Below are positions 26,251-40,168 of a stretch of 64,000 nucleotides of DNA, piece by piece. Within the stretch, counting starts at the first letter, position 1. Each line of letters starts with the position of its first letter. Below the pieces are notes generated by a model. It worked only from the letters and a program-made list of their open reading frames with translations. It made no database searches and was not told where the DNA came from. The translations under genes and the position numbers were made by a program. The DNA is from Octopus vulgaris (Eukaryota). Location: positions 199,888,001 to 199,952,000 of the forward strand of contig OX597814.1 in assembly GCA_951406725.2 (NCBI GenBank), in the 5' to 3' direction.

Positions 26251-26254
<4 letters not shown>
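25852..26254. repeat. GC-richer insert with ~140-bp internal tandem repeat (2+ units) between (TA)n tracts
   Basis: cgatttc..ccaacatg..cacaagcaagggg..gcagggtgcctgtcgtacggt repeated from ~25921 and ~26064, partial third unit from ~26197. Confidence 0.75.
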
Positions 26255-26301
<47 letters not shown>

Positions 26302-26304
<3 letters not shown>

Positions 26305-26798
26305 TGTAAATAATCCGCTTTTTTTTCCCCAAATTGAAAGGTCAAAATCCCTATATACGAGGTTAAAAATGAAAAATATTTTCTAAGCAATGCCTGAGTC
26401 TCTATTTGCTGTCCATCAATGTTTATTCAGGCGCATTTTGTGATGTCGGGCGCGAAAATACCTAAAGCTAAGCCTGAAAGTAATGAAGTCATAAAAGAAT
26501 CATCCATAACTTGCAGCAAGCAACATTTATTAAATGTTATTACTGTTATTTCTTTATTTTCTGCAAACAAAATGCACAAAAAATCTACATGTTTGCATTA
26601 TGTTATATGTACAATAATAATAAAGGACGTTACCGTATACATTTTTACAAACCAAAGACGTTATATAGACCTCTTTGACTCAAGTTAGAGAAAGGGGTGT
26701 GTATTATACACAAGGTTTAGGTTTTTCAGAGATACAGCCCCCTAAAAATCCCCTGCATATTATACTCAAGGGTGGACTATACTTGTTGATTTACGGTA
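26302..26798. mobile_element. pogo/Tigger-like MITE
   Basis: Termini tactgtaaat ... atttacggta in TA context. Confidence 0.55.
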
Positions 26799-27207
26799 TA
26801 TATACACACACACACACACACATATGAATATACACACACGCATATATGTATATATACATATATACACATACACACTTAATTCTTTTGAGGCCAACCCACC
26901 TGTAGCCTGTCCTGATTGTGAAACCAACTTTTTGTTTTCAAGTAATCTCCATCAAATTTTATGTTAGTTTTTATTTCAAATACCAGCTCAATAAGGAAAA
27001 AGGTTATTTTACTAAATTTTACAGTGCATTTCAACAGAAATATGGTAATAAAAGGGATGCACAAATTTGTAACATGTCAATCATAAAATATAATGATTAA
27101 CTCCTTTTTAGAAACCAAATTATGTATCTGCCAAGAAATCAGTTATGTATGCACTGTAGTTGATACATTCGCTCCAGCCTGCGTTTCGTGTGTTGAACTA
27201 GTAACTA

Positions 27208-27527
27208 CATCATCATCATCATCGTTTAACATCCGTTTTCCATGCTAGCATGGGTTGGATGGTTTGACCGGGGTCTGGGAAGCCAGGAGGCTGCACCAGG
27301 CTCCAGTCTGATCTAACAATGTTTATACAGCTGGATGCCCTTCTTAATGCCAACTACTCCATGAGTGTAGTGGGTGTTTTTTACATGCCACTGGCACAGG
27401 GGCCAGAGGAGGCTGGCAAACAGCCACGATTGGTTGGTGCTTTTTATGTGTCACCGACATGGATGCCAGTCAGGCGGTGCTGGCATCAGCCACATCCGGA
27501 TGGTGCTTTTTACATGTCACTGGCATG
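27208..27527 (-). mobile_element. RTE 3' UTR (family D)
   Basis: (CAT)n tail and family D body. Confidence 0.8.
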
Positions 27528-27904
27528 GGTATCTTAACTAATGGTCATAAATTCAGATCTTACACTTATCAATCACTGAGTTGGGCTCCTGAGAAAAGGT
27601 ATCTAACCACACCTGACACAGAAGAGAGTCTATGTGAGAGTTTGATAAATTCTGATGTCACACAAAGTGTAGAAAGTAACTTTATGTGAGAGGCAAGTTT
27701 TGTAAAAGTGTGAAAAAGTAAAAAAAAAAAAAAAAAAAATTAATAAAAAAAAAAAAAAGTCACCACTTTAACTTTATGGCTGAGTGGTCAGTTTGACAAC
27801 TGACCCAGCTGGTAAATCATCCTATTATTGCAAGTATGGAAAAAATAGATATAAAACAATGAAAAGCCTAACTATACACACCCACACACATGCACATGTG
27901 TGCT

Positions 27905-27936
<32 letters not shown>

Positions 27937-28540
27937 AGATTTTTAAAAAATAGTTTAAAGATGAGAAATACAATCTTGATATTGATTAGAAACACATGGT
28001 GTTATTCACACATTTCATTAGTTTTTTTCTCTTACAATAAAACAGTTTCTAAAAATGATGTAATTTGGATTTGGATATTTTCTAATGTAGGTTGTCACTA
28101 GAATCTTTAAAATTACTGCTTTATCGTTCATTTTATGCTTGCAAGTGTTGCAGAGATAAGTTTATTCCAAGAACTTTATTATTGCTATTTTTGTTTTTAT
28201 TTCCCAGTAACTAGTTGTTATTTTTAAGGCTGACTATTTTTGTCAGAAAATACACTGACTGTTTTCTTCAGAACCTCTCCCTATTAGAAGTGACTTCATT
28301 GGCTGAAATCTTTAGTTCCTTGGCTTTTACTTGACTCACTAGTTTCCCAAGCAAAGGCATTATTGTATTGTCTGATTAAGGATATAGTTTAATTCTCAAA
28401 GATTCTTCATTATGTTCTGCATTTAGCAAGTCATATCAGTAATTATTTAGATTTGTTAATTCTACTATTTGCCTTTCAGCTTCTACTTAAAATTCTTCAA
28501 AATAATTCATAAAATTTCATAATATTTTAATTTCTATCAT

Positions 28541-28770
28541 AGAGGCGCAATGGCCTAGTGGTTAGGGCAGCGGACTCGCGGTCGCAGGATCGCGGTTTCG
28601 ATTCTCAGACCGGGCGTTGTGTGTGTTTATTGAGCGAAAACACCTAAAAGCTCTACGAGGCTCCGGCAGGGGGTGGTGATCCCTGCTGTACTCTTTCACC
28701 ACAATGGCGGTGCCCCAGCATGGCCACAGCTCAAGAGCTGAAACTGGAAAAACAAAAACAAAAAAACAAA
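28541..28770 (+). mobile_element. SINE family A head with family-C-type tail
   Basis: Family A head/core, then ggcggtgccccagcatggccacagctc..gctgaaac. Confidence 0.85.
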
Positions 28771-30842
28771 ATATCTCAATTTTTACTCAATAATCTTTTT
28801 TTTTTTAAGTATTACTCAATAAGAAACTTTCTCATCAATTCATGTCTTGGAAAAACACTAGTTGAATCTAATGTTAATTTTAAAAATCATGGCTGTATGT
28901 TAGATTAGTTATTATTAAATGATAAGGTGTACAAAAGTCTAAATGATTTTATGTACAATCAAAATGGTTTATATTTTTTAAATTTATGTTTATATCATAT
29001 CACTAATCCTCTGCTGTACCTATTCTCAGTAAACTAATTTTTATTTGAATCAATTTAAATAACTTTTTTTTTAAATGGATAAATTCATGTTAGAGTAAAA
29101 CAATAATTCTGATATTTATAATTATGTAAGAAAGAAAAAAATATTTTTGGTATTTACAACCACTTGGTGCAGATAAACCTGTGATAATAAAATACTTATT
29201 TTACTTAAATTGTTTGTTTTCTTAACAGTTCCTTTCTAAAGTGTGCAAGTTTAAAAACTTGATAAAAATTTAGGACCCTCATTTAGAAAGGATTAAATAT
29301 CTGTAATCCCCTGATTCTGGATATCTTAAAAAATAAAAAAAAGCAAGACAAATCTCGACTATTTCCCAAAATTACTCTAATCTTTAGGTACTAATCTAAT
29401 TATGCTGGAAATACAAAAGAAAATTTAAAAATCAACAGTAAAGAACATACATTCTGTGTCTTACATTTACAAAACATTAGCATAGTTTACATTCTTGCCT
29501 ACTTTTCCATTTTCCTCTCTACTACCTGCTAGATTATTTAAACATATTTAGAAATTTTAAACTCTTTATTGTTTGTATTTTGATAGAGCTTATATCCTTC
29601 TATACTCATTTTATGGTATTTTCTTTAAACCCTATACTATTTCTACATGATTTAATAACAGATGTTTATTTTTGTGGTCTGAAATTCTTAATCAAAGATA
29701 GTCTTGTTAAAAGTAATAATGACTGTTTGGTAAATGTCTCATGCCAGTAGACTAGATTACACTTAGTAAATCACTAGTTAAATAGTTTCCTTTCTAACAT
29801 AGTCTTTCATAGATGCCATCAGTTGTTACTTCGGAATAAATGATAGCAGCTCTGAAAGTCCTGGGTGGAATACTATTTCAGAAAGAAGACAGTAAGATAC
29901 TCTAGATGTAAAAGAATGAGAGGGAGAAAGACAGAGAAGAAGAATGGAAGAAAACTGGCAGCTGCTGTTTATGTATCTGCCTGGTTATCAAGGCTTGCTT
30001 GCTGGCTGGCTGGCTGGCTGGCTATGGATTTGCCTCTTTCCTCCATAGCTTCACTCATCAATATATACTGGTTTGTAGTTTGACTGTGACAGCCTGTGTG
30101 ACAATACATATACACAACTGGATCATTTGTCACATTTTCCCCTCTTTTTTTTTCTATTTTTTTTTTCTCCCACTAGAGTTTGGGAACAGATTTTCTCCCC
30201 CAAATGTGTGAAATGTAAACAATTCCAGACATTTACTCACCAATACAAACGCTATTTATTTATTTACTTATTTATTTATTTGTGTTATTCCTGTTGCAGT
30301 TACTTTTGTTCCTCACTTTCTTCTTCTCTCCTTCCAACACACATGGCTGTATTGCTGTGCTAGCTACTCATTCTTCAGCACTAAGCTGGTGACACCTATA
30401 TGTTCAGTGTAACATAAACCATGGGGCCTTCAAATTGTGTATTAGAAAATGTACTCATGGCCAAATAGTCAGTTGGTTGTCATGGTTGCATTTCAGGAAT
30501 TACCATTTTTAAAGAATTCATTTACTAGAAAATCACCCTTCTTCCTCTAATACTATGTGAAGGAATTCACAGAATACATTGTTATCCTTGTTCCTATCAA
30601 TACTGTTGATTGTTTTTTTTCTTACTTTATTCTTTCATGTCATGGAAATATGTGAAATCTAAATATTATCATGTGAATATTTTCTTAAAAAATTACAAAC
30701 ACCTGGAAATTTTCACCATGTCAACAAAACCCCAATTCAACATAGCGTACAAGTAAGGATTTTACTGAGATCAAAAGGTTGTGCGAGTCTTGAGATTTTT
30801 TTTACCATTCTCAAATGCTTCCAGCTGGTCAAATTTGTTATA

Positions 30843-30939
30843 ATGGATACGAAAAGTAAAACAGACAGGCCACGGATATATGTATCTAACAAGACAAACC
30901 GTGTTGTCCTTTTATTTCCCAATGGGGAAATGGTTGAAG
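30843..30939 (+). CDS. Candidate first coding exon MDTKSKTDRPRIYVSNKTNRVVLLFPNGEMVE
   Basis: ataATGG Kozak context, 32 open codons with protein-like composition, donor GAAG|GTAGGA (phase 1), in a repeat-poor zone; protein not recognised. Confidence 0.35.
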
Positions 30940-31199
30940 GTAGGAATCCTTAAATTATTATAAATCTCAAAATGTGAATAGCCGTGTTGTTTATAATATA
31001 CATGATTTGATTTACATATCTCTTTATATCTCTATCTTTCTATATCTTGATCTATCTACGTACATACCTTTTTGGTACACCTGCCTATCTGTATACTTAT
31101 CTATCTATTTATCTACATACCTGTTTATATATCTGTCAATATAACAGCCTATCTATTAATCAAATAAATGCACAAATATGTATAACATGCATATGTGAA

Positions 31200-31445
31200 T
31201 GCGTGTGTTAATATGTCAATGCAGGTGTGTATATATGTATATATATATATATATACATACATACATACATATACATAATGTCAGTGTATGCACACAGATA
31301 TACACATACACTACACACAGATATATACATACACACATATGTATATATATATGTATATATATAAATATATATACACACATACATACGTACACATACATAT
31401 ATGTATATGTACATATAAATCATATATCTGCGTACTCAATCACAC

Positions 31446-31487
<42 letters not shown>

Positions 31488-32023
31488 TTTGATTAATATA
31501 TATATACTCATACACACACGTGTGTGTGAGTGTGTGTTTGTACAAATATACATACATATGTATATATAGGTACACCTATATATATATATATTTGTGCATA
31601 TATGCATTTGGTATGTATATATATATATATATATATATGTATACCTATTTATCTATCTATCTATCTGTCTATCTATCTATCTGTCTATCTATCTATCTAT
31701 CTATCAGTTTATACACACAAATGTATATATATGTATGTATGTGTGTGTCTGTGTGTATATATGTATGTGTGTGTGAGTGTCTGCATATATGTGTGTATAT
31801 GCCTATACAGAGAAATATAGATTTATGTGTATGTCCATGTGTATATGCGTGTGTGCAAATATATACATATATATATATGTATGTATAAATATATTCATAT
31901 TATATATATATGTGTATGTATTTAGGTATATATTTATGTGTGTACATGTGTATGTATGTGTGTGTGTGTATGTGTACACATGCACACACATACAAACAGA
32001 AAGTATGAGAGAGAGAGAGAGAG
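31200..32023. repeat. Compound TA/CA/TG/TATC/GA microsatellite block
   Basis: Directly visible; source of several spurious ORFs. Confidence 0.95.
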
Positions 32024-32930
32024 CAACTTTTGCCAAGACTTATCCTACTGTTTGTAGTTCAACTGCAACAGGTGGATTGAAGCATAGCAGTATTTATTTT
32101 ACATTTTCCTTATTTTTTAATAGAAAAATTTTGAATATATTTGATTTTAGTTTGAAATAAACTTTTGTCTAACATTTTCGTAATATGTTTCACTGCAAAA
32201 ACAAATGCATAAATTCATAAAATTATCAATACAATCTTCCTGAAATCATTAAGGAAGGAAGCTTTGTAAAATGTTGCCGGCTACCTGAGCTGGATCTTAT
32301 CAGCAAGTTCTAGAGCATTAAGTATTTTGGAGATCTCTCTCTCTCTCTCTCTCCTTAAGCGGGCTGATAATTAATTGCTGTTGATTTTTTTTCTTTTTTT
32401 TTTACAGCAACTGATTTAGTAATATTTGAACTTCAGGCTATGGACAAGCTAACTGCTAAGTCAAATATTCTGTCAAGATAATATCTATCAAAGTTTCTTA
32501 CTGCCTTTATTTGATCTAGAACTTATTTTCTTGATTCGTAAATTACGAAGGGTTATATCACCCTAAGCAAAGTTTGAACCAAACAACTGTAGAGTCTAAA
32601 CTTGTTACCAACAAGTGTCTTTATCTCTACTTACTTGGCTACCTTTGTCAATTGCTAGCTGCTCTATGATGTCATACTGACTCTAGAATGTTGTACTATA
32701 ATGGTTCATATTCCTTTCTTTAGCTAAACATAAAGTAGGGATTTTCAGGGAAGTGGGGAAACAAGAATTTGGATATGTAGGTATTTTCCAAACATAGTGA
32801 GATACACACTAATGGATTCTCCACGTTACTTATCTTCAATTTGTACTGCATAATTTTTATGAACACTTAAATTAATAATATTTATGTTTTTACATAAAAT
32901 TAATTTCTTTCATTGATTTTTTCTCATATG

Positions 32931-32973
<43 letters not shown>

Positions 32974-34996
32974 TTTCTGGCCATATTTCTCTTTGTCTTT
33001 AATATTTGGAACAATTTAAATATAAATAGCTTACTTTTTAAACAATTATTCTTTGATCTATAAAGCTACATCATTTGTTCTGAAATTGGAATATTTCCCC
33101 TTATCAGTCTCATTTCTTTCATTTTCTCTCCCTATAACAGTCATTCACTGAGTGACCTCTCTCTCTTCTTCTTCCTTCATTTCTCTTCTTTTTTTCTTTT
33201 GTTTTCTTCTTTCAGACATATTTACATTACACACATGGAAAAAGGATACTTTCAATGTTTTGATAAAATTACAGCATTTTGCGTTTTATTTCTTTTGATG
33301 GATTTTAAAAATGTTTTGCTTAAGTTTCATAGAACTTCAGCAAATGCTTTAAACTCTAAAAAATATTTGGTCAACTAAAGAATTTTTTGACTTCAGTTGC
33401 ATTTTTCCATCATTTCTATTTTCATAGTTTTTATTTAGAACATAATTATTTACAATATAAATATATTGTTACCAGATATTAGTTGAAATAAACTTTTTAT
33501 TTTATTTTCATTTTATGCTCACTTAGTGTTTAAAAGTAATAACAAGTTAAAGTTCTCTTTATTTGATGCAGACTTTTCCACTTTACTGATTATTTCTGAT
33601 TCTCAAAGATTTATATTAAATGACGGAGTACTAATATAAGATAAGTTTGTTTTTTTCCTTAGAACAAGGACCGTCTCTTCTGTACTACACATGGTTCTTT
33701 GTTCAACATTTTTTTAAAATCCCAGTCAGAGACAAACAAGATATTGTGTGTGTGTGTATGTGTGTGTGCATGTGTATGTGTGTGTATGTATGTGTGTATG
33801 TGTACACGCGTATGCATGTGCGCATGCGTGCATGGAAAAAATAAAGTTCTATTAATGGCTAGGTGAATATTATTTTAGTTATTTTCATAGATGTAAACAA
33901 TTGCTCAGGATATTTTTAGTTAGTTATATACAAACACATTTTTTAAAAATTTTAAATATTTACTTATTTTCTTCATGCCTAATTTTAATTTCAATTTCAT
34001 TAAGATGTGAAATAATGATCTACTTTATTGAGATGTTCAACTTTTGTTAGCCTCTGCTATCACAAATATTTCTTTTACTATATAATACTTATCATTAAAG
34101 ACTTTTTACCTGGGGTTCTAATTTAAATAATTAAAAAGCCATTATTAATAATAGTGTAATTGATTTTTTAATTGCACTGTTTGCTTTTAAGTTTTCATTT
34201 ATCTGTCTTTAAAGAACAAACGGTATCATAAGCTTACATTAAAAGTAAAATTCATTGTAGCCATATGGTTCAAATGGGTTGCATTATATTGATAAAAGTA
34301 ACAGGTAAAAGTAATTTGTACAATATATAATACATTGGTTTTATTTTTCATCAACAATAGTTCACCTGGCAGGTATGGAGGATAATTTACCATGTATACA
34401 ATAAAAACAGATAAAAACAAAAACATGTGCATTCACTGGGAACATTAAAATAGATTTATGTAAAGAAAATAGCTTTATTGGGACACGGATCATTAATATC
34501 ACCTATTTGTAACATAAAATTGATTAGGAACAAAAAATCAGAAATCAATTATTACTTACATTAAAAAATCCCTTCCATATGTTTTTTCAGCAATTCCTGA
34601 TCAAAAGTATTTAGTCTTTTGTTTTGTTGTTTTTTTGTTTGGAATAAAGAAAAAGGAAACTATTAATTGAATATATCAAATTGTAACCAAGGTAATAACT
34701 AATGCATATACAATACTCATTGTAAATATCACATGCAAATTATGTTGTGCACATGCAACATATACATAGCGATAGTATTTATCATATAGTACACATCTTT
34801 AAAATCTTTCATAAAGAAATTGTGTTATAACCAAATAGTTTTAATAGAAATAATAAGTTTCAAAATGATAAAATCAAGATGAAGATTTCTTTTGAAGTAA
34901 GCTAGACATAGAAGCACAACACTGTTCTGGTACCCACTTTTAATACCAAATTAGCAATATAAATGAAACAATTCTACCTAAAACTACTTTTAATTT

Positions 34997-35045
<49 letters not shown>

Positions 35046-35048
<3 letters not shown>

Positions 35049-35230
35049 GGAGAGTTTACGATAAAAACAAAAGACGAAGACAGGTGGTGTACAAAACAAA
35101 CAGATGTATTAGTATAACGCTCAGGAATAGAAAAAGTCTTTTACGTTTCGAGCCTACGCTCTTCTACAGAAAGGGACACAGAAAAAACAAGAAGAGAAAA
35201 AAATGTGTGTAGTGGCTAACGATCTATCAT
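35046..35230 (-). mobile_element. Short Penelope-like repeat with minimal hammerhead variant
   Basis: Minus 35173-35138: cttt-CTGTAGA-a-gagc(gtag)gctc-GAAA-CGTA-aaag; flanked by (TA)n and (TG)n; decayed homolog at ~14455-14560. Confidence 0.6.
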
Positions 35231-36182
35231 GTGTGTGTGTATATATATATAGAAAGAGAGAGAGAGGAGTGTATCATTACATGGAACTTTGTGTCTTATT
35301 GTGTTAATGGTACAGTTACTGGTTTTAACAGATTTAAAAACATTACTTTAAAACTAAGTGCTCGAGTAATTTATTTCCATGTGGGGAGATTTGATCTCAA
35401 CACAATAAATCACCAAATTACTCGTCTCTTTCTAGCTAACTCAGGAATCTCTTACTTTTATTTGCCTTGCTAGGGAAATTAGTGACTTGCCTCTGACATA
35501 ATATATTGTCCATTGAGCAATTGCATTTCCTTAAATAACAAATAAGATTACGTTTATTGCCCATCATCGTTTGATTTAAATCCAGATACGTTGTGTTTTT
35601 CTAAAGGCATTTAGTCCTTGTTAACTTAATCTTTTGCGTTGGAACATTAGTACTGATTTCATTCTATCAAAGAAGATTGGTGCTTGTAAGATTTGACTAC
35701 GAAATGGTGTTGGTATAACTATGAAATAGTTACATCTATGTCATTAGATAAAACTAAAACTTGTTTAATGAAAACTGAAATAGAAAATTGAATGCAAAAT
35801 AAGATAATAAAGTGAAAGATGATTACTTAAAATTCTTATAATTAAACGCATGTTTAATTTTGTGACCACTAAAGATCTGATAAGTATGTAAACAGGAAAT
35901 GCTTTAAATTAATTGATGAGAAAATAATAATGGTGTAGTGTGTGTTTGTATTCTATTCAATTCCCCTGTGAAATTTCTCTCTACTCATTAGTATATTTGA
36001 CTTCATTATTATATTTTCAAATTATAATGTGTTCTTGTGCCATATTTCTACGTATTACAAATCCTTGAATTAGTATTGAATGCCTAAATAACTATTGTAA
36101 TAGAGGATTTCAATGTCTTATAGTTTGTTGTTGGTCATGAATTTGTGCCTCGTTATCTAATATCAGTCAGTTCCTGTTTGAG

Positions 36183-36426
36183 TAATGGTTCTCAACTGGC
36201 AGCCACGTGGCCCTTGGGTGTCCATAAAAGGCTTTATTGTTAAAATTTATGTGCAATAAATTGTTTATACTTCCACAATACTACAATACGCCAAATATTT
36301 CTTTTATACAATTTCTAATAATTGCTAATCATAAAAACATAATAGGAGGTTTTAAATATCAAATGGCTATGGAAGTCCACCTGAGAAAAATAGGAATCAA
36401 AGGTAAAAAGTGGTTGAGAACTACTG
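36183..36426. mobile_element. hAT (Charlie-like) MITE
   Basis: Imperfect TIRs taatggttctcaac ... gttgagaactactg, resembling CAGTGGTTCTCAAC. Confidence 0.6.
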
Positions 36427-37136
36427 CATTAGAGATTCTCTGAGCATCCATTCCTAGCCAGTGAGTATCATAATTCAAGCAAGGTAAAAATGTTCACAGT
36501 TACCACAAGGAAAAATATATGGAATCCGACTATAACACATGGCTCCTGATCAAAACTAGACTACAATTCTCCACAGTAGTTCATCTTAAGCTGTGACCAC
36601 TCTGTACTAGTATCTTTAGCAGTAAACTGTTGCTATCAGGTATGATATCCACAGAGATTTCCTTGTTGGATCATCTTTATCCAAATTTCTTGACAGAAAT
36701 TGGTTTGCAGAAAATGAAACGAGCAGCAACTATTTTGACCTTCTCAGTCTGAGAAGGGTCTAGAAAGTATGGATTTTAAGTTTAATCTAATTGCATGGCC
36801 CCTTGAACATTATTTTCTACCATAACTTTGTGAATTGGTACCACCTGTCTCTTGAATGCCTTTAATGGAGTCGACCCTTCCAAAAAGTCTTCAGTACCCT
36901 ATCGATGTTCCATTTTGTGTCAGCTTATGCCCCAATATTATGCATAAAAGGCAATAGTTACCCATATAAACATCTCTAATTCAATTATTTCCTTACACAA
37001 GGTTTCAGGTTTCAAGCTTTGGAGTTTTCAAGAGGGTGTTCTAGGAGAATTTGCCATAGCATTTGATCCTTAGAACTGCTTCAAACTTTGTTACACAGAC
37101 TTTCATTTTCTAAATTCTGTCTTTACTTGCTTTTAA

Positions 37137-37358
37137 CCCTTTCATTACTGTATTTATTTTTTGATGCTCTGTGTTTCTTTTAATTAATTTTAAATATAAC
37201 AAAGAATTTAGTAAAATAACTTAGTTATCATTCAGCTAGTGTTAGGAACATAAACTGTGACTAAGGTTTGGTGGAAGATTTTAATTCAAAACTTATGAAA
37301 ACAAGACATTTGTACAACAGAGCCAGAGCCGGTTTCAGCTGGGTTGGTAACGAAAGGG
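37137..37358. mobile_element. piggyBac-like MITE
   Basis: TTAA-ccctttcattac ... gtaacgaaaggg-TTAA. Confidence 0.8.
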
Positions 37359-38514
37359 TTAAATATAGCAACATGGAGTTGTTTAATTTCTTGATTTTAC
37401 AAATATTTCCACGTTTTTTTCTTAATGCTTCAGATTAAATACAATAGATCAAATAATAACGATTCTTTTCCTTGGTGATAGCAAAGCCTTCCAAACATTA
37501 AAATGAAAAATAAAAAAATAGTTAGAGAAACATAAATTTACAAACACACAAATGTATGTATATTCAATTTTTATTGTTACAATTTTCATTATAGATAAAT
37601 TGGTTCACTGGCACAATTAGCATTTAGCTGTGTACCATTATGTTCTGAGTTCAAATCCTGCATAAGTTGATTCTGTTTTTTAGTGTTCAAGTTAGGTATT
37701 AGTTGAATACTGTAGCTCTTTTATTGTTAACTTCTTTTAGTCAATAGGTTGTCACTGGTGATGGTGGGGGTACTGTCTTGCAGGGTTTAGTCAAATCAGC
37801 CCTAGTTTTTATCTATAACCTTAGATGCTTATTTTTAGCAGCCTCTTTCGCTAAACTGTTGAATTACAGGGACATAAACACACCCATGCTAGTTGTCAAG
37901 AGGCTAGGGGAAATCACAGATGCACACACACACACACAAACACATGAAGAAGAAGAACAACAGGCTTGATCAAGTTTGACGTTACATCTGTCTCCCAAAA
38001 TATGTGGCCCACTGCCAAAACTAGAAATCGTTGTTGTTGTTGTTGTTGATAGATAATACTTTACGCTTTACATTCTCAGCAAATTAAATATTTAATTCAG
38101 TTTGGGAGTGGAAACAATTTTACTTTCAACACAAATGTTCTTTTATTAATAAACAAAACGCTACAAGTTAGCACTTCCTTTGAGTGTCATGAAATGATCT
38201 CAGCAGGGTACACTCTGCTATCCTTCCGTCTTAGGTTGATGAAAATAAGTATTAACAACATTCAGCAGATGATTCAATCAGTTATGCCTTATCTTCAGAA
38301 AGGAGTGGGAGGTATAATGCTCAAGTGAGACAACCCTCTTCCCTCCCTCTTCTTCCTTACCATCACCATCGTTATAATTATTTATTATGCAAGCAAGAAA
38401 AAAAAACAGATTTTTTTTTTTTAGAAGGGAAGAGAGGCAACATTCAATTATATCAACTTCAGTACTTGACTGATATTTGATGGAAAAAAAAAAAAGAAAT
38501 CAAAATAAGAAACT

Positions 38515-38825
38515 TCATCATCATCATCATCATCATCATTCTTCTTCTTCCCTCTTCTTCCTCCTCCTTCTTCTTCCTCCTCCTCCCCTCCTTCTATTCC
38601 TCCTCCTTCTTCTCATCATCATCATTATTACTATCATCATCGTCATCATTATTATTATTATTACTATCATCATCATCATTACTTCTATTATTATTGTTAC
38701 TATCATCATCATCATTACTACTACTACTACTATTATTATTATTAATATTATTGTTATTATTACTATCATCATCATCATTACTTCTATTATTATTATTATT
38801 ATTATTATTATTATCATCGTTATTA
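38515..38825. repeat. Compound trinucleotide repeat (CAT/CTT/TAT/TAC)
   Basis: Directly visible. Confidence 0.95.
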
Positions 38826-38869
38826 TTTCTTTCATTCGCTCAGCGTTTTGTTGTTATTCTGCCGGTATT

Positions 38870-39230
38870 GGATTGCTCGTTAGCAAGCTGCATCCTGCAG
38901 ACTTCGTTATGTTGCACCTTTCTTGCGGTTCTTGCTGTGCCAAGGAAATAGACTTTCTGTAGAGTCAGGAAATTCACCTCGATCTCCAACATCTTCAACC
39001 AATGATTTCAACTTCTCATGACTGTTCCAAAGGTTCATATTACAATTACGATAACGACAACTTCGCAGCTATTCCAGATTCTCTGAAGTTCAAATTTTAG
39101 GTCCTGCTATTTTTTCACATTCCTTGCCTACCATTTTTCTATTAAAGAAGCATTGATTAAGCAATGAACTATTTCTTCTTTATTGAGTATGGCACTATCA
39201 GGCTGTGAATGTGTTACTTGCCTGTCGCTT
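38870..39230 (-). mobile_element. RLE-type (R4/Dong-like) LINE C-terminal relic
   Basis: QPDSAIL...QDLKFELQRIWN..VIVIVI*TFGTV...LQKVYFLGTARTARKV. Confidence 0.7.
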
Positions 39231-39371
39231 TAAAATTCCTCCACCTCCCCCCTTTTGTTGTCATTGTTATTATTTTACTTCTCAGAGTTCTTGGTCTCTG
39301 TGAGAGTGGACAGCAACCTGTTGTCAGAGGGTCTCTTTCTGCAAATCATTACAATTACTATTGTCTTTTTT

Positions 39372-39602
39372 TTATTTCATAATTGCCCACAAGGGACCAA
39401 ACACAGAGGGGACAAACAAGGACAGACAAAGGAATTAAGTCGATTACATCGACCTCCACTGTGTAACTGGTACTTAATTTATCAACCCCGAAAGGATGAA
39501 AGGCAAAGTCGACCTCGGTGGAATTTGAACTCAGAATGTAACGGCAGACGAAGTATTGCTAAGCATTCCGTCCAACGTGCTAACGTTTCTGCCAGCTTGC
39601 CG
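39372..39602 (-). mobile_element. SINE family B
   Basis: Revcomp homology to other family B copies. Confidence 0.85.
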
Positions 39603-40168
39603 AGAGAGTGGCACACACCATCAAAGTGGTGCTGGGGTACAAATATATGAAGCCTTGTATACCCATCATGACTGCTTGTCTGATAAGAGTACACAAGGCA
39701 CATGCATCACAACCACATGTGTATGATATGGTGACCTCATAACAAGATAAACAACGCAAGACCTTGAAGGTGGGGTCCAATTAGAATTTTCTTCAGGTCA
39801 AGCAGTCCATCCTGCTCAAAATGTCTCTGAGTAAGGATGCTCAAAATGTCTCTGAGTTGTTTAAGGATGATGAATGAAACACTCATGTTTTCAGTGGTGA
39901 ATTTTTCAAACCCCAAAGAATTCCTCTCAACACATGGCTATGATGCACCCCTACTGCCCCTGCTCATGATCAAAGATGTACATATAGCCAGTCACTAAGA
40001 GACATGCTCAGCTGGTTATAACCAAGCAACTGACGAGCAAATATGCAATGCTGAGGGCAATATTTGCTGTAGCCCATCTTTTACACCGAGACAAAACAAT
40101 GTACATGATAACACTTCCAATCAGTTAAGACCAGAAGCCACGAGAACCTCTGCCTGGTACAACATCAG
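39603..40168. mobile_element. Unclassified interspersed repeat family E, copy 1
   Basis: Homologous to 48500-49148 and, inverted, to 60195-60475. Confidence 0.75.

Noticed and set aside
27530-27689. Protein-like tail SYTYQSLSWAPEKRYLTTPDTEESLCES...
   Set aside because: The ORF starts inside an RTE UTR; weak acceptor; no recognisable homology
38477-38962. 161-aa ORF with poly-His/Leu/Ile resembling a membrane protein
   Set aside because: Trinucleotide-repeat translation running into an antisense LINE relic
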